From Eledone cirrhosa (taxonomy: Eukaryota), in NCBI GenBank assembly GCA_964016885.1, contig OZ024742.1:132742001-132806000 (forward strand): a DNA stretch of 64,000 nt, read 5' to 3'. The position numbers and the translations under genes were made by a program. This document shows, one piece after another, positions 39,923 to 54,665 of the stretch. The first letter of the stretch is position 1. Each line of letters starts with the position of its first letter. Under the pieces are notes generated by a model. That model made no database searches, was not told where the DNA came from, and worked only from the letters and a program-made list of their open reading frames with translations.

Positions 39923-39958
<36 letters not shown>

Positions 39959-41837
39959 CATATGTAAGCATGTGTGTTTGTGTGAGCGTGTGCGTGTGTG
40001 TGTATGAGTGTATGCGTGTGTTTGGATGCGTTGCTTGCTGGGTGTAAGAACACACATATATATTGTTTTGAGACATTGTCAGTTTTCTGCTGGCATCATA
40101 TGAATTCTTCAGTGAACAAACAAGATGAGATTCAATAATTTACTAATATGTTCTTTTATGTTTGAGTATTTTTGATTTTGTCATGCCTCGGACTAATTTG
40201 CCATTATGCATTTTATGTATGTGTTGTGTAAATTGTGTGCGTATATTGTGTGAGCTTTGAATGTGATGTTTATGTTCTTTGTGCTCTGTTTTTTCTTTAC
40301 TTTAGTGATTTCAATGGTACTTAATCACTCACTTATTTAATTTGACGGGAATTTTTAATAATCAAATAACAGCTTAGTGTCTTAAATCAAATCAATATCT
40401 GCATAGTGATGAATTTGCCGAATGATTTGACATTCGTGGAAAGATAGAGTAGAGCCCTCTATCAAGCATCTTGTCGCTACAAAAACTATTCGCTGCTTGT
40501 TTATGTTGATCAAACCTAAATATATAATTCAGTTAATAAATATGGACGGTTTGTGTCGAATGCCCGAAAGCAACAGGCAATAACAGGCAATAACAGTGCA
40601 ACACCGTTTCAAACTCGTGTATTCACAGGTTGCTGCTTACTATGTCATAGTACTCATTGCAAAAATATATGAATATCAAAGCCTCCGATTTCAACTCTTA
40701 CGTGGAGGACCATTTGTGGTTTCTCATCTTGCGAGAAATAACAAGGAAACTCTTTCAAAACATTACTACCGTATTAAAAGGAGTGAAATCCTTAATAGAC
40801 TATGAAGGATAATCCTTAATAGTCCTAAATGACTATGAGGGATAACAAAACATGATTATAAGGGGAGGGAGAGACTTGTTTATGAAATGTATGTTCTAAT
40901 TGGTCTCAACTCAGGCGTTAATATAAGAACTTCTATGCACTCTTCCAAACGCGAAAAGACTTCTAAACAGTGAATATGAAATAACATTTACTGGGAACAA
41001 TATAAAGAATCAAAGCTTAGGGTGAACAATATATGCTATGTATTTTCTTCATTGTTTTAAAAGTAACAAAACATTTATTTCCTCATTCGTAAAATTTATT
41101 AGGATAAATACCGACACTCATATTTCTCGCAAAATTACGTACATGGATATATGATAAATGATCGTCATCGTCTTTCACGTTCGCTTTTTACATGGTGACA
41201 TGATTTGACGTAAATATTTTGAGACAGTATTTTGCACTTGGGTGTGATTCTTGACGATGCAATGAATAATTTGAATACAAAACTGTCGTATCTATGATAC
41301 AGTTTGGATAGAGCTCACTTTATAACACACTTTGTTGAGGATACATTTTATTGCTCTTAATGATGCTTGAACGTATCCTCGGTTTGATTATCATCAGGCA
41401 GAACTTTGGTTAAACGTACTAAATATATGACCACACACTCTTCCTTCCGCTGAATATTGCATCACCTAAATATTTCATACAGTCTACTCTTTGATCAAGG
41501 CAGAGTTTGCTGGCGGTGAGATTTAGCTAACTTTGCTAGCTGGACGAGCATCTACGTAGCAATATACCCGAAGAACCATTACGGATTAGGTTTAAACATA
41601 AAATCCTTTACAATGCCTACGAATGTTAAAAATACAATTTCGTCATACGCGTAGAAGTTATACTTTAAACAAGAATCTCTTGTTCTAAGTAATTTGAACA
41701 ATCACATTATATATGTTATTAATTCTTCCTTGGGAGTGTCGCAAACGTAACACAACATTTAATTTATTATGATGCTGAACAAAAGATTCATTATGCTATT
41801 TCTAATATCATTCTAAAATATCATAGTCACAATCATC

Positions 41838-42065
41838 TACATCATCAGCATCACCATCATCATGATCATTATCATCACCATCGTCATCATCATCATCATT
41901 ATCCTCATCGTCATCAACATCTTTATTATTATCATCATCAACATCATCATCATCATCTTCATCGACATCATCACGAGTACCATCATCATCATTATCATAA
42001 TCACGATCATCATTATCATAATCACGATCATCTTCTTGACCATCACCGTCAAATAACCATCATCC
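41838..42065. repeat. Degenerate (CAT)n microsatellite
   Basis: Direct reading. Confidence 0.95.
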
Positions 42066-43646
42066 CAATCACTTACATCTAATTTGGAAATATAAATAAC
42101 GCTGGATTATTACATTTTATATCATAAATCAGATTTCCATCGTAAGTTTCTTGTTTTACAAATATATGCGACAATTCTATATTTATAAATATTTTTCGAA
42201 ATTTATAGATTATTTAATTGATGGTGTTTGTGGCTAAGGCAATTAAATAAACTGGACGAACTGGATGAACTTAAGACAAATTGAAGTATAAAATAAGCAT
42301 TCTTAACATTGGTGCAACTATGTCACCCAATATGATAAACCTAACCTATTAAGACTCTATACATTAAATATGAAAATATTATCTAGTTTTAATTATCTGT
42401 AAATTAATGAACTAAATATTTCGTGTAATGTGAAACTAATAGTCTGAATTTATGTAATATCTTTGTAAAGACTTTTGATAGTAGAAACTAAAATTTCCAA
42501 GCTCAAACGTCATGTAGTCATTCTCTTTTAACACTGTACTGTAACTATTTCATTTCTCTTCATCTCTCTATCTCACGCCGTCGCTCTTTCTCTTTTATTT
42601 TGGTCACTCTCTGTCACATATATTATTTATAATTATAAGTATGTCTGTGTGTACGCATGTATATATATATATGAATGACAGTGTGTTTAAATATGTGAGT
42701 TTCTGTGTGGGTTAGGTGAGTTTATTCCGCAACAGTTTTATACATGGGAATGAATGAATAAACATTATAATGCACAATAGTTCACAGCAGTATACTTAGT
42801 TTTCTGCAGCTAATACAGACGATGCTTTCATTCGACAAAGCAGACATAACCAGTTTGGATTTTGTAAATAAATAAATAGAAATAACTCTAACTGCATTAA
42901 CATGGTTTTAACCTTACCCAGTCTTACTCTAAATCCTGACATGACCCACACAACCCATCAACTTACAGTCTGATCCCAGTCCTGCGCAAGGACGACGGGA
43001 GTAAAGGAGATTAGACAATTGAACGAAACGGATTAAGGCAATTGCTAGACTGTAGACTACACACATCTAAATCCATCTCACTGTTAGCCAAGCATGCCTC
43101 TCCTAGAAAGGTCAAAAGCCTTTGACTGATTTCCGTTGTTATTTTTGTTGTTGCTGGTGCCGTTGGTACCATTGTGTTTGTTGTTTCGTTATAGCTATTA
43201 TTATACTACAAATATTTGTGTTGTTGTATATATGCTATTATTGCCAATACTATGTTTTGTTTTGTCCTGCTCACTGTTGCAGTTATTGTTGTAGCTGTTT
43301 TTGCTGTTGGCAGTGGCATTGTTTTTGTTATTGTCGTTGTCATTTTTCGCGCAACTGCTGCTGTTGCATTAAGATGTCACACTCAGCTTAAATTATATAT
43401 AATCTTCTCTCTTTCGGTTTACTGTGTGCAGTGCGTGTTCTGGTGAGGAGTGTTGTAGGGCGGCGTGCTGTGGTGAGATATCATGTTCATATGTGAGTGC
43501 GTATGTGTATGTGTATGTGAAGTGTGGGCGTTTTTATATGATGCAGTGTTGCATTGCATGTGTCTGGGACGGCCGTATGCACCCATATATGATATCTCTG
43601 TCTCACTCTCCACACCCCCCACCCCACCTACACACACACACACACT

Positions 43647-43700
<54 letters not shown>

Positions 43701-44254
43701 TAACATTTAGACATTACAAACGTATCAAACACACTATTCATAAACTTGGATATCCAAGGATATCAGATATTAAAGGAAAATCCCTGTTTCGGTATTTTAG
43801 ATATTGTAATTGTGAAAGCTAAAAATATACCGCAGCCACAGGAAAAATTATCACAGTAGCTCTTTGTAGTCTAGAGGAACAAAGAGTGGGTATCGAGGCA
43901 GAATAGAGTAGTGTCTGCTCAAGGAAAAATAACCTAACAGCGCGTAATTTTTGGATTACATATAACAATTAGCAGGAGGGTTTCTTTTTTCTTTTTCTCT
44001 TTTTTTCTTTTTCTCTTTATCTTTTTTCTCTTTTTCTTTTTCTCTTTTTCTCTTTCTTTTTTTCTCTTTCTCTTTTCTCTTTCTGTTTTTCTCTTTCTCT
44101 TTCTTTTTCTTTCTCTTCTTCTCTTTTTCTCTTGTTCTTTTTTTTCTCTTTCCTTTTCTCCTTCTCTTTCTCTTTCTCTTTTCTTTTTCTATTTTTTCTT
44201 CTTTTTTTTCTTTTTTCTTCTTTTTCTTTTTCTTTTTCTTTTTCTTTTTCCTCT

Positions 44255-45400
44255 TCTTCTTCTTCTTCTTCTTCTTCTTCTTCTTTTTCGCCTTCTTCTC
44301 CCGGCGAGGCTCGTGGGTGCAGAATCCTCGGACACTCCTTCCAGCGGATCCACCCTGTCAGATACAAAGATCTCAAACTGGTCCGGCTAGATCCCCAAGT
44401 GAGACTAACCAATCTCATGGACGTTATCCAACCAACTTGATTGCGGTTTACCGTTGAGTTTCTTGCCGGCTGGTTCCCCCTCCTCCCCCGTAACATCTAT
44501 CCCGCGATTCCTTTCTGAAACATTCTAACCACATGCCCATATTCTCGGAGCTGAGATCTCTCAATTCGGAGAAGTAGTTGCTCTACCTGGAGTGACTCTC
44601 TGATATTGGAGCTACGCACTCTATCGAGTAACGTTACTGCAAAAACCTTTCGGAGGAATCCTATTTCGGTCGATTGTATTCGCGATGGTATTGGCTCGGT
44701 CATTACCCAAGGTTCATGACGATAAGTTAAGGGTTGGCACGAATACCGAATGGAAGATAGCGAGTTTAGCTTCTGTGCCTACCTTCTTTCTTCTGATTAC
44801 TGTTTGCTGAAGCTGGTGTAATACTTCACCAGTTCCTAAAATTATTGCACTTAATTCAGCCTCCTGCCTCCAATCACTCGTGAACATGCACCAGAATTAA
44901 TTGAACTTCGATACCTGCTTCAGTGTAACTCCGTTCACATGTAGGATGCACTGCGCAGGCTTCGTTGAGAGGACGAGTGTCTCAGTTTTCGCACCACTGA
45001 TTTTCATTCCAGCCATGCAGCACTTGGCATCACTTTCTGTCGAATTAAGTAACACCACGTCAGCCGACTGATTTGATACCCGCCAGTAATACTACCAATG
45101 CCAACCCCGCTGTGCATGTCAATCCTGTTAATGTAGATAATTAACGGGGGAGGTGACAGTTATACCAATCATTTAATCCCATTTGTCCGAACACAAATAT
45201 ACAGGCATTCGTATAGAGACATCCGGACAGCAAGAAGCTGACCATAGATCCCATACTCCTGCCAAAACTTCCACAGCAGGTTACGAGGAACATGGTCATA
45301 TGCCTTTTCAAGGTGGACAAAACAAGTATATACATTTTGGCAATACTCCCTCGATTTCTCGAAGACCTGCCGCAATGTGACTATTTGGTCGACTGTAAAG
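44255..45400 (-). mobile_element. RTE-clade LINE 3' fragment with (GAA)n tail
   Basis: RQVFEKSREYCQNVYTCFVHLEKAYDHVPR (RT) and RIQSTEIGFLRKV..ERSQLREYGHVVRM (RTE C-terminus). The tail expands into the 43980-44285 purine tract. Confidence 0.88.
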
Positions 45401-45944
45401 AATTGAGTTAATCAAGAGTGCGTTAGGTGTATACAAAATAATTTAGACATATGTATTATAGAGACATGAAAACATACCAATTATACGTATTTCACTGTAA
45501 AATCTGATTTAGAAACACATTTAATCAATTGTCAGACCTAGTTGTATTATACATAATAAGCTGTATATATCATGCAATCGCTCACAAGAAAATAGGAAAT
45601 CGAGGGACTTGTAATGATATATTCACGCTCATGTTGTTAATCAATAAATATAGAGATTAATGTTTGCACCACGCAGCTGCAGTGCACTTTAGTTATCTCA
45701 GTATATATATACAACTTAGAGGTAAACGAAATTGCATGCGTATTTACACATTTATAGAATGTATGTATGGTCCCGTAACTCCTGATAGACTCGTAAGGGT
45801 GCCGTTTTGACATACGGCGCTTCGTAGGCATTTAAAGCCTGACGGAAAATGACTGAGTACAGCAGATTTCTTCCAGAGAAAGACAGAACGTGAGACAGAG
45901 GAAATAAGAAAGAGATATAGACGAAGAATTGACCTTAGTACTAG

Positions 45945-46083
45945 ACTGGTACTTTTTTTGTTCGACATCGAAAACATGATGGCAAATTGACTTCGACGGG
46001 ATTTGAACTCAGAGAGCTGAGAACCGGAACTAATTCCATAAAGTATTCTATCCGACGTTCTAAAGACTCAGCCAATTCGCCGT
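45945..46083 (-). mobile_element. Diverged SINE S1-like copy
   Basis: CTGGTACTTTTTTTGTTCGAC..GGGATTTGAACTCAG..CTCAGCCAATTCGCC. Confidence 0.65.
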
Positions 46084-46849
46084 CTATCATTTTTTGTATA
46101 GATATATAAACAAGCGAATTATAGATACATATTTTTAATCTTTTTTCAGTCTTTGTCATCTTCATCAGCTAGCATGTATATCACCCAGACAACCGTTAAT
46201 GATATGCAACTTAGCAAGTCCCTTTCCGGATATAACTATAAGTTTCTATATATTTTTAAACGTAAAAAATGTGAAGGGCCGTCATTGATTTTGTTATAGG
46301 TTTACCGTTCTAACACAGATTCTGAATTAGTCATATTAAACATTGTAGAGCACTTGAAATTCAAAGTCAGAATACTGCAAACGTATTCCATAGAAACAGA
46401 GAGGGATAGAGAGAAAGAGAGAGGGAGCACCACCAACTGTACTGGTCAATTAGATATCAAGCACGACATGATAATAGACAAACACTGAGGCATTATAATT
46501 CGACACCCTAACGACATAACTATTTCGGTGAAACGATAGATTTCTGTTTAAAAGAATACAAGCGCAATAAAGCATTTTCTGAGCTCAGGTAAACGTATAA
46601 ATGAGTATCACGGAAGTAAAGCTAATGGGGTCTTTAGGTTGCAGACATTTCATTTACGAACTGCAGTTGGTGATTAGATATATTTGGATCTCTTACTTAA
46701 AATAAGTAGTACAATCTCACGCACGCGTATTTGTAAAAATTAAACGAGAAGAATTAAATTTAAGAGAATGTGTAGGAAGCTCAAGCTCAGGCAATAATTG
46801 CAATTACAGTCAGACGCTATAACACACACTCACACACGCGCGCGCACGC

Positions 46850-46903
<54 letters not shown>

Positions 46904-47098
46904 GTGATATGTTACTAAAATATCCAAGGTATAGAGCAACACAAATGCGTAGGACGAGTTTGAATATAATTATTCAGGTGCCATAGAAGATACTTACGTT
47001 TCGTTGTTCACCATTGATCAATCTATTTCCAGTTTGAACATGTAGCTCCTCAGTGACACGTAGACGTATCTGAAAAGACACCTTTGTATTAACTGGCC

Positions 47099-47154
<56 letters not shown>

Positions 47155-47156
<2 letters not shown>

Positions 47157-47480
47157 AAGTTTTATTTAAATTGTTGGGTTACAACGAGTAAATATTTATA
47201 ACTGATATAAAAGCACTCAACAAGTATTTGGAGTATATTTACGATATTAAATAAATGGAAATTATATTTATAAAACCATATTTATTTCATTATATATATT
47301 TCAGGGATATCATATTAAAAATATGTTATGCCTTCTTCAGACAAGATACAATTTATAAGACTGTTTATATTGTATTTTGTCTGAAGAAGGCATAACATAT
47401 TGTTAATATGATATCCCTGAAATATATATAATGAAATAAATATGGTTTTATAAATATAGTTTCCATTTATTTAATATCAT
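47155..47480 (-). mobile_element. HHR-bearing fold-back mini-element
   Basis: Arms ~47244-47356 and ~47366-47478, tail 47155-47243, (TA)n on both sides. Confidence 0.85.
47373..47438 (+). ncRNA. Minimal type-I hammerhead ribozyme (mirror ~47283-47348, -)
   Basis: TATTTTGT-CTGAAGA-AGG..CCT-GAAA-T ATAT A-TA/ATGAAATA: 8 bp stem I (2 GU pairs), palindromic loop AUAU, predicted cut after 47430. Confidence 0.8.
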
Positions 47481-47567
47481 ATATATATATATATATATGA
47501 AAACAGGGAGAAAGAGACGATTATTAGGAAGAACAATATTTGTTGTTCCTGTATATATATATATATA

Positions 47568-47763
47568 GTCAGGACCCGGACTGCTGAGCTCCGACCGTTT
47601 TGACAGCTAGATCCGATCTGCCTTAATTTGGATATAGCTGCCGATACGGCCGGAGATCAGCTGTCAGGGTCCTGATTCTTTTCCTATTACCCACTCTACT
47701 ACCCTAAGTATCGAGTAATCTGGTGCGTTATGATCCACCTGGTTTCTTATCACACTTTCTTTG

Positions 47764-47766
<3 letters not shown>
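47568..47766 (+). repeat. Family-E fold-back copy
   Basis: TCAGGACCC..CAGCTAGATCC / GGATATAGCTG..GGGTCCTGA arms plus conserved tail to (TA)n. Confidence 0.75.
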
Positions 47767-47816
<50 letters not shown>

Positions 47817-48009
47817 CTGTGCGTATATATGTATATACAGAGAGAGACCGGAGAGACCACAAATCAGCCGATTACACTATGCATGGGAAGAATAGTGCTT
47901 ATAGAGGATGTTAAAAACCAGAGTGCGACTCCAATCGGGCTCGAGTGGTCTTTAAAGTCTTGGTGTGTATAAGCCGACCCCGCTTGGTTTTATGTTCGTA
48001 TTTTTATCG

Positions 48010-48124
<115 letters not shown>

Positions 48125-48207
48125 AGAAAACAACACTATACTTCAGCACTGACCATGTAAAAAGATCGAAATAACGTAGGAAAACATTATTCCATCATTA
48201 CGTTTTT

Positions 48208-48386
48208 TGGCAGTATCGGTAGAGGGTGGGATGCCATGCTTTCCAGCATACTTAGGTCCCTTAACGATCTGAGTTCAAATCCCGCTGAGGTTGACTTTTC
48301 CTTTCATCCTTACGGGGTCGATAAAATAAAGTACCAGTAATGCACTGGTTAATTGCTGGCCTTGTGCGAAAAAGTAGAAACAATTA
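48208..48386 (+). mobile_element. SINE S1
   Basis: A box, B box, core and GTAGAAACAATTAT end. Confidence 0.88.
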
Positions 48387-48594
48387 TGTTTTTCCTGTTC
48401 TTTACTGTTCTAATTCTAACTGTCTAATGAGGAAAAATTGTTGCAAAATGGTTATCAGCGAAATATTTCTAGAACAGCGAATATGAACAAACATATTTAA
48501 TTTTAACCTGTGGATTTACAGTGCTTGTTTATATATATGTATATCCGGGGTCCCCAAAATATATCGAAGATTGTTATTAATTCGGTGACCGTAG

Positions 48595-49020
48595 GGAAAG
48601 AAAATATATGGTGGACAAGGTTGAAAAGGCAAAAATCAGACACGTTCCTTTTCGGCCAGTCCTTCATCAACATTTTCAAGGTTCATTTGGAAAGGAAGGT
48701 AAGGGTTGTTAGGGAAGAGCTTCCCCACATTATACTTGGGTGGGTGAAATTTTCAAGAATGGCCCGTGTGAATGGGCTTACACTAATTAATCAACAATAG
48801 CCTGTTTGATTTGAGGAGTAGTGGGATCCCTTCCCCGGGTGCTCTAGAAGCGCCGGGTGGTTTAGGTGTGGTAGGGTTCCTCAGTCGCCTGTGTGATGTT
48901 CACCTCCCTATTGGGGAATTTGACTGTCATATTTTTATTTTTTATTGTTATTGTTGTATATATTATTTATTCGATTGTATCTATTACCCCCACTGCCCCT
49001 GTCTATTGTATTGTACCATA
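48595..49020 (+). mobile_element. Possible L1/Tx1-type LINE 3' end remnant
   Basis: IWWTRLK..GQSFINIFKVHLERKVRV..WVKFSRMARVNG resembles Tx1/L1 ORF2 C-termini (recalled similarity only). Confidence 0.35.
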
Positions 49021-49061
49021 TAAGTATGTATTTGTGGCCAATATAGGAACAATTACTATTA

Positions 49062-49541
49062 CTTACTTGTACTTGTACTTGTGTCGACATTCATCCTGGA
49101 CGGGTTGAGCCGGCTTCTCCCCTTGTCCTGACCTCATCCCGAACCATGGCAGCCCACGCACGACGTTCACGGGCTAGGTCACTGGAGATAGCGCGCCAAT
49201 CACGGTCCCATCGACGCAGACCGACTACCTGCGGACCTGAGAGTTCGGAGAGGTCCTCCTTGATCGTCGTTGCCTAGGTCTTCAGCCGCCCGCCAACGCA
49301 CTTGCGCCAGTTAGGGAGTGGAGGTGGGAGGAGAACATCGCGGATCAGTTCACCCTCAGGGCGCCGGGCTGCGTGACCAAAGCATCTCAAGCGCCGTTGC
49401 AGAAGCACTGAAGGAAGGGGTCGAAGATTCAAGCGAACACGAATACTGGTGGTAGGTACCCGATCAACGCGTCGGCAGCGAAGAATGCGGCGGAGACAGT
49501 CATTGTCGAAGACCTCCAGCCCTCGTTGATCGACTACCCTC
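49062..49541 (-). mobile_element. RTE-clade LINE 3' fragment with (CAAGTA)n tail and TSD
   Basis: LEVFDNDCLRRILRC..LLQRRLRCFGHAARRPEG. TACTTG repeats at 49062-49081. Flanking ATAGGA(A)CAATTACTATTA duplicated at ~49043 and ~49542. Confidence 0.9.
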
Positions 49542-49567
49542 ATAGGACAATTACTATTATTATTAGT

Positions 49568-51190
49568 AGGGCGGTGGATTTGCAGTATCGGTAGAGGGTC
49601 AGACGCGATGTTTTTGCAGCAAAGAGTTATGGCCCTTTATGGTCTGAGTTCAAAACACGCTAAGGGTAACTTTGCCTTCCATCCTTACGGGGTCGATAAA
49701 ATAAAGTACTAGTAATACACTGGGTAAATTACTGGCCTTGTACCAAAAGCAGAAACAATTATTAATAGTAGTAGAATTATTATTATTATTAGTAGTATTA
49801 GTGAGGGCGGTGGATTGGCAGTATCGGTAGAGGGTCAGACGCCATGCTTTGACGTATAGAGTTCAAATCCCGCCGAGCTTAACTTTGCCTTTCATCCTTA
49901 TGGGGACGATAAAATAAAGTACCAGTAATACACTGGTAATTGCTGGCCTTGTGCCAAAAGTAGATTTATTAGTAGTAGTAGTAGTAGTAGCAGAAGAATT
50001 ATTGTTCAATGTGCCAATGTTCCATTGAGTTAATTGATATAATGTCGAACAGAATATTTTGCTGTATTTGATGGGGCAGCTAATCATTCTGAGCTCAAAT
50101 TTTATGAGATAAGCCAAACTTTCTATTCTATCGTAATGGTAGATTAATTAATATAATGCTAAAAGCGTAGGTTGAAAAGTGTTATTGTTATTACTACTAA
50201 TATCCTGAGGTCAAATCCCGGTGAGGTTAACTTTGCCTTTAATGCTTACGGGGTCGATAAAATAAAGTACCAGTAACGCACTGGGGTCGCTTTGATTGAC
50301 TTTCCCCTTCCCCAAATTTGCTGGCTTTGTGCCTATATCTTTCGAGGTCGATAAAAAAAAATACACCAATCCAGTACTGGGGTTGATTCTTCCTCATAAT
50401 ATCTCCTCCTCACTTCCCTGATTCATACCTAGAGATGGGATGGGTCCCGCCAAGTTTGAAAAGAAATGCCGAAAACTACACTAGGAGTTACGGGTCTAAG
50501 CATGCATATTATTACTACTAATATCAAAGCGGTGCATTGGCAGTATCGATATTGAGTTCAAATCCCGCCGAGGTTAGCTTTGCCTTTCATCCGTACGGGG
50601 ATCGATAAAATAAAGTACCAGCAATGCACTGGGGTCGATTTCATCGACTTTTCCTTCCCACCAAATTATTGGCTTTGTGGCTAAATCAGAAACTATTGTT
50701 ACTACTAATATTATTCTCATTGTCATCATTAACATCCTCACAATCATCATGGCATGCAGTATATTTATTATTTCATCATTGTGAGGGCGGAGGATTAGCA
50801 GTATCGATAGAGTGTCGGACGCCATACTTTGCAGCATAGAGTTATGGCCCTTTATGATCTGAGTTCAAATCCCGCCGAGGTTAACTTTGCGTTTCATCAT
50901 TACGGGGGTCGATAAAAAAAAGTAGCAGTCACGCACCGGGGTCGAATTAATCGACTTCCCCCTATCCCAATATTGCTGTCCTTGTGCCAATATTAGGAAC
51001 CATTATTTCATCATTCTTAATGCAGCGGCTCGTCATATTCTTCACAAAATGTGTTTCGGTTCTTTTCGTGCGGACTTCAGATCCCACCGAGCTCAACTTT
51101 GCATTTATTCCTTCTAAGTCTAATATAATCGCCTTTCCTTCCCCACATAAGTTTGCTGCTCTTGTTCTAATATTAAAACGCCATTATTTT
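49568..51190 (+). mobile_element. Cluster of six co-oriented SINE S1 copies/fragments
   Basis: Copies at ~49568-49762, 49805-49967, 50202-50335, 50528-50700, 50784-51008 and 51070-51190. Confidence 0.85.
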
Positions 51191-51672
51191 CAACTCTGTA
51201 TTATTTTCTACAGCATTTTTTTTGTATACGCTTTTTTTTTTCTTCCTTTCCTGTTATATTATTTTTGTCTCGTCCGGAAGTGTGTGCGAACACGAACGGT
51301 TGTCACCGCTGCACGCATGTGTTAAATTCGTTTGGTTGTGAATTGCCGGTTTGCAATACGCAAAAACGAAATGCCATCTGCTGACATCAAACTTCACGAA
51401 GATTTGCGTTGATGTCAAGCTGACATGATTTTGAGTGTTACACGGACAGATGTGTATGCGTATTTGTGTACGTTTGTGCACGTTATGGTGTGTCTCTTAA
51501 TATATGTATCTAAATACACGTTCATTGATGTGAAATACTATAAGAGCCTACGTCAAATTATTGTATAGTGTTAAAACAATATATATATATACAAATATAT
51601 ATATATGCATATACACATGTATATATACATAGATACATACTCACATACACACACCCACATATATATATAAAT

Positions 51673-51773
<101 letters not shown>

Positions 51774-54158
51774 CACATGTTTATGTTTGTGTATTTGTCG
51801 GCGATTGTGAGCATTCAATATATTCGTGCGTGGGTGCATCTGAATTTGTAGAAGCTTTTCCCGCTGACCAGTGAAGCAGAAGTGGTAAGCGAAGTTAAAG
51901 GTGAAAAATACGTTTTTGAAAGATCTCGGCTGGTGAATGATGTCAAGAGATTCGTGGATATGACAGACTAGTGATGGAACGAGTCAGGGTCTTATTAAGT
52001 GATTGGAAGCCTGAGTGGCACGATAAGGAAGGGAATTAAAGTAGAGTGAGTGACAGCTTGAGAATGTGAAAGTGAGGGTATATGGATATAGGAAAAGGGA
52101 CGTTATTGGTGAAAAGATAGTCTAGCAATTTGAAAAATCACTGTTGAAAAGTCGATGAAGCAGTTGTAAAATAAAAAAAGTGTTTATTCTCATGAACATC
52201 ACATCTCGCTATTAACATGATAAAATAATATGAATAGAAACGGCAGAAAAAAAAAATCTTGAGCTAAGGTGGAATCCTCTCTATAGCATTACAACCTGCT
52301 AGAATTAGAAACCGGGTAACTCCTACAAATAACAGTTAACATCTGAAGTAAATGAGATAGTGGGCAATATTGATCATTATATAAGGAATGTCGAGATTAT
52401 CACGTCTGGAAAACCATTGCTGATCTAGATTAAACGTTCAACTAAAACAAACACATTCACGCAAATCATTTCTTACTTCATTAAAAGTGGGAAAGATGTT
52501 TTAACAATACACCCTATAATATGTAATATACATAATATTCATGATCGGAACGCCATACCTACAATGAGATTGAGAAACATTTTTTCAATGGAAAAATACT
52601 CGTATGTTCTGCACAGCATTTGGACTAAAATCAAAGAAGTCCTCACAGAATTTGAACTCAAAGCGCAGCAATATATAAAACTGCTACATGAATTATATCT
52701 GTAGTTCGAATGTCTGCTATTTTACCACCGTAAAAAACATAACGTTATATATAGACATGTAAAGAAACTTACATCACTTCATATACTATTTTAATACTTT
52801 CATACATCGAGCGCCATTTAGGACGAAGAGAGTGTTCTCTACGTTATAGTTGATTTCATTAATCGATAAGAACATGGGAGTCTCTTGTTGCTCAGTTCAA
52901 CTGTTGGCATAGCAACATAATCTTCATCAGTTAAACAATTTTGTCTTAAATATAGAGAAATGTATACAGAGAAAAATAATCCTATAATTATGAATATAAG
53001 AAACTGAAACGGTTGATCTTAGATGTGTTTTAAAAACATGTCTTGAGGCTAAATATCTGATTCTGAAGAAAGTAAGATAATGTAGACCTAAGCACAATTG
53101 GATCTCACAATAGAAAAGGCAGTAAAACAAAAACACAAATATTTTGTCTGATGATGTAAAGTTTGTGTTGTAAATTAAATCGGTGAATTTGTTCTGTGAA
53201 AGCATAATGCTGATCGAATGCCTACTAATTATAGACCATACTATATCAGAAATAGATTATTTGTTTTCGAATTTTAAAATAACACTCGGCTAATTTCGTT
53301 TCGAATACAACTTTTTACCAAGTAATACAATAGTTACGCAACATTAAAATAAATCATTTATTATTGAACAACGGAATAGAATCAAAACCCTAAACTTTAC
53401 TCTTGTATGGAGAATTATATAGATTTATGATATTATCACTCTGAAAAATAAGAAACCGGAGTGAAGTAAACTGCATGTGCATATTTTCCTCTGTGTTATG
53501 TATTCAATTGCGTATAGCATTTAAACCGACAATGCAGTAAATGAATGCTATGCTTCTATGTGTGACTATAAATTCCATGAAATTTTCAAAATGACAAAAT
53601 ATCATATCCTAATTTCTTTACGTAATTTGCTTAATTAGTTCTTTATTTCTTATCGAACATATTGATTGTCCTCTTCTGCATATGTACATTAGTGTTCTAA
53701 ATGAAGAATTTAAAGAGTAATTAAGTCCTACAAAAATAAATCAGACAAATCAAGAATATGTGTATAGTCTTCTTCATTTCTAAACAAAGGTGTGTCAGTA
53801 ATAATGCAACAATTGTTTCCTTTGGACAGTCAGCAAAATATTTTAAATCGTGAAGTAAAGTAAAATATGAATACAAAAGGGTCCCATGTTTATAGGGATT
53901 ATATAAATTGAACAGTAAATCACACATTTCCTCAGTGCAATGGTAATTAAGTCCACAAATGTTCTAAAACGAAAAGGCCTTCAATTTCCCCTTGATTCCT
54001 AGGCTGAGAAATATGATATAAAATTATCACACATTTCACAACGTGCGGAATTATGACCAGATTTATTCTCTTTCCCTCTCTCTCTCTCGCTCTCTCTCTC
54101 TCGCTCTCTCTCTCTATATATATACATATATATACATATATATATATATATCTATATA

Positions 54159-54190
<32 letters not shown>

Positions 54191-54191
54191 C

Positions 54192-54284
<93 letters not shown>

Positions 54285-54303
54285 TATATACATATATATA
54301 CAC

Positions 54304-54359
<56 letters not shown>

Positions 54360-54361
<2 letters not shown>

Positions 54362-54665
54362 TGTTATGCTGGGAGGGGGGGGCATATTGTTATAATAATA
54401 TTGCCAGAAATAATAACAGAACACACTCACTGTTTGGTTGGTTTTCGCTTCTGTATCCTTTATATCTCCACAGTTAATTCATTCGGTCCTAAATGTTTAC
54501 CATTGGCTGACCAACGGTCAGAAATACACATATAATATAAATATAAACACATATATATATATAGTCTAACAAAAGTTCTTTCGTTGCATATCTGCAACAT
54601 CGTCAGTGGTGGTATTATATTCTTCCTGTTGTGTTGTATATCTACGCCATCTTTATTTTATATTA
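54360..54665 (-). mobile_element. Solo PLE pLTR with HHR motif (54569-54610)
   Basis: Homologous to 574-920. rc CTGACGA-T-GTTGCA gata TGCAAC-GAAA-GAACTT. Confidence 0.8.

Noticed and set aside
49568-51190. CRISPR-like repeat array
   Set aside because: Repeats are ~190 bp Pol III SINE copies with irregular spacing in a eukaryotic context; no cas genes.
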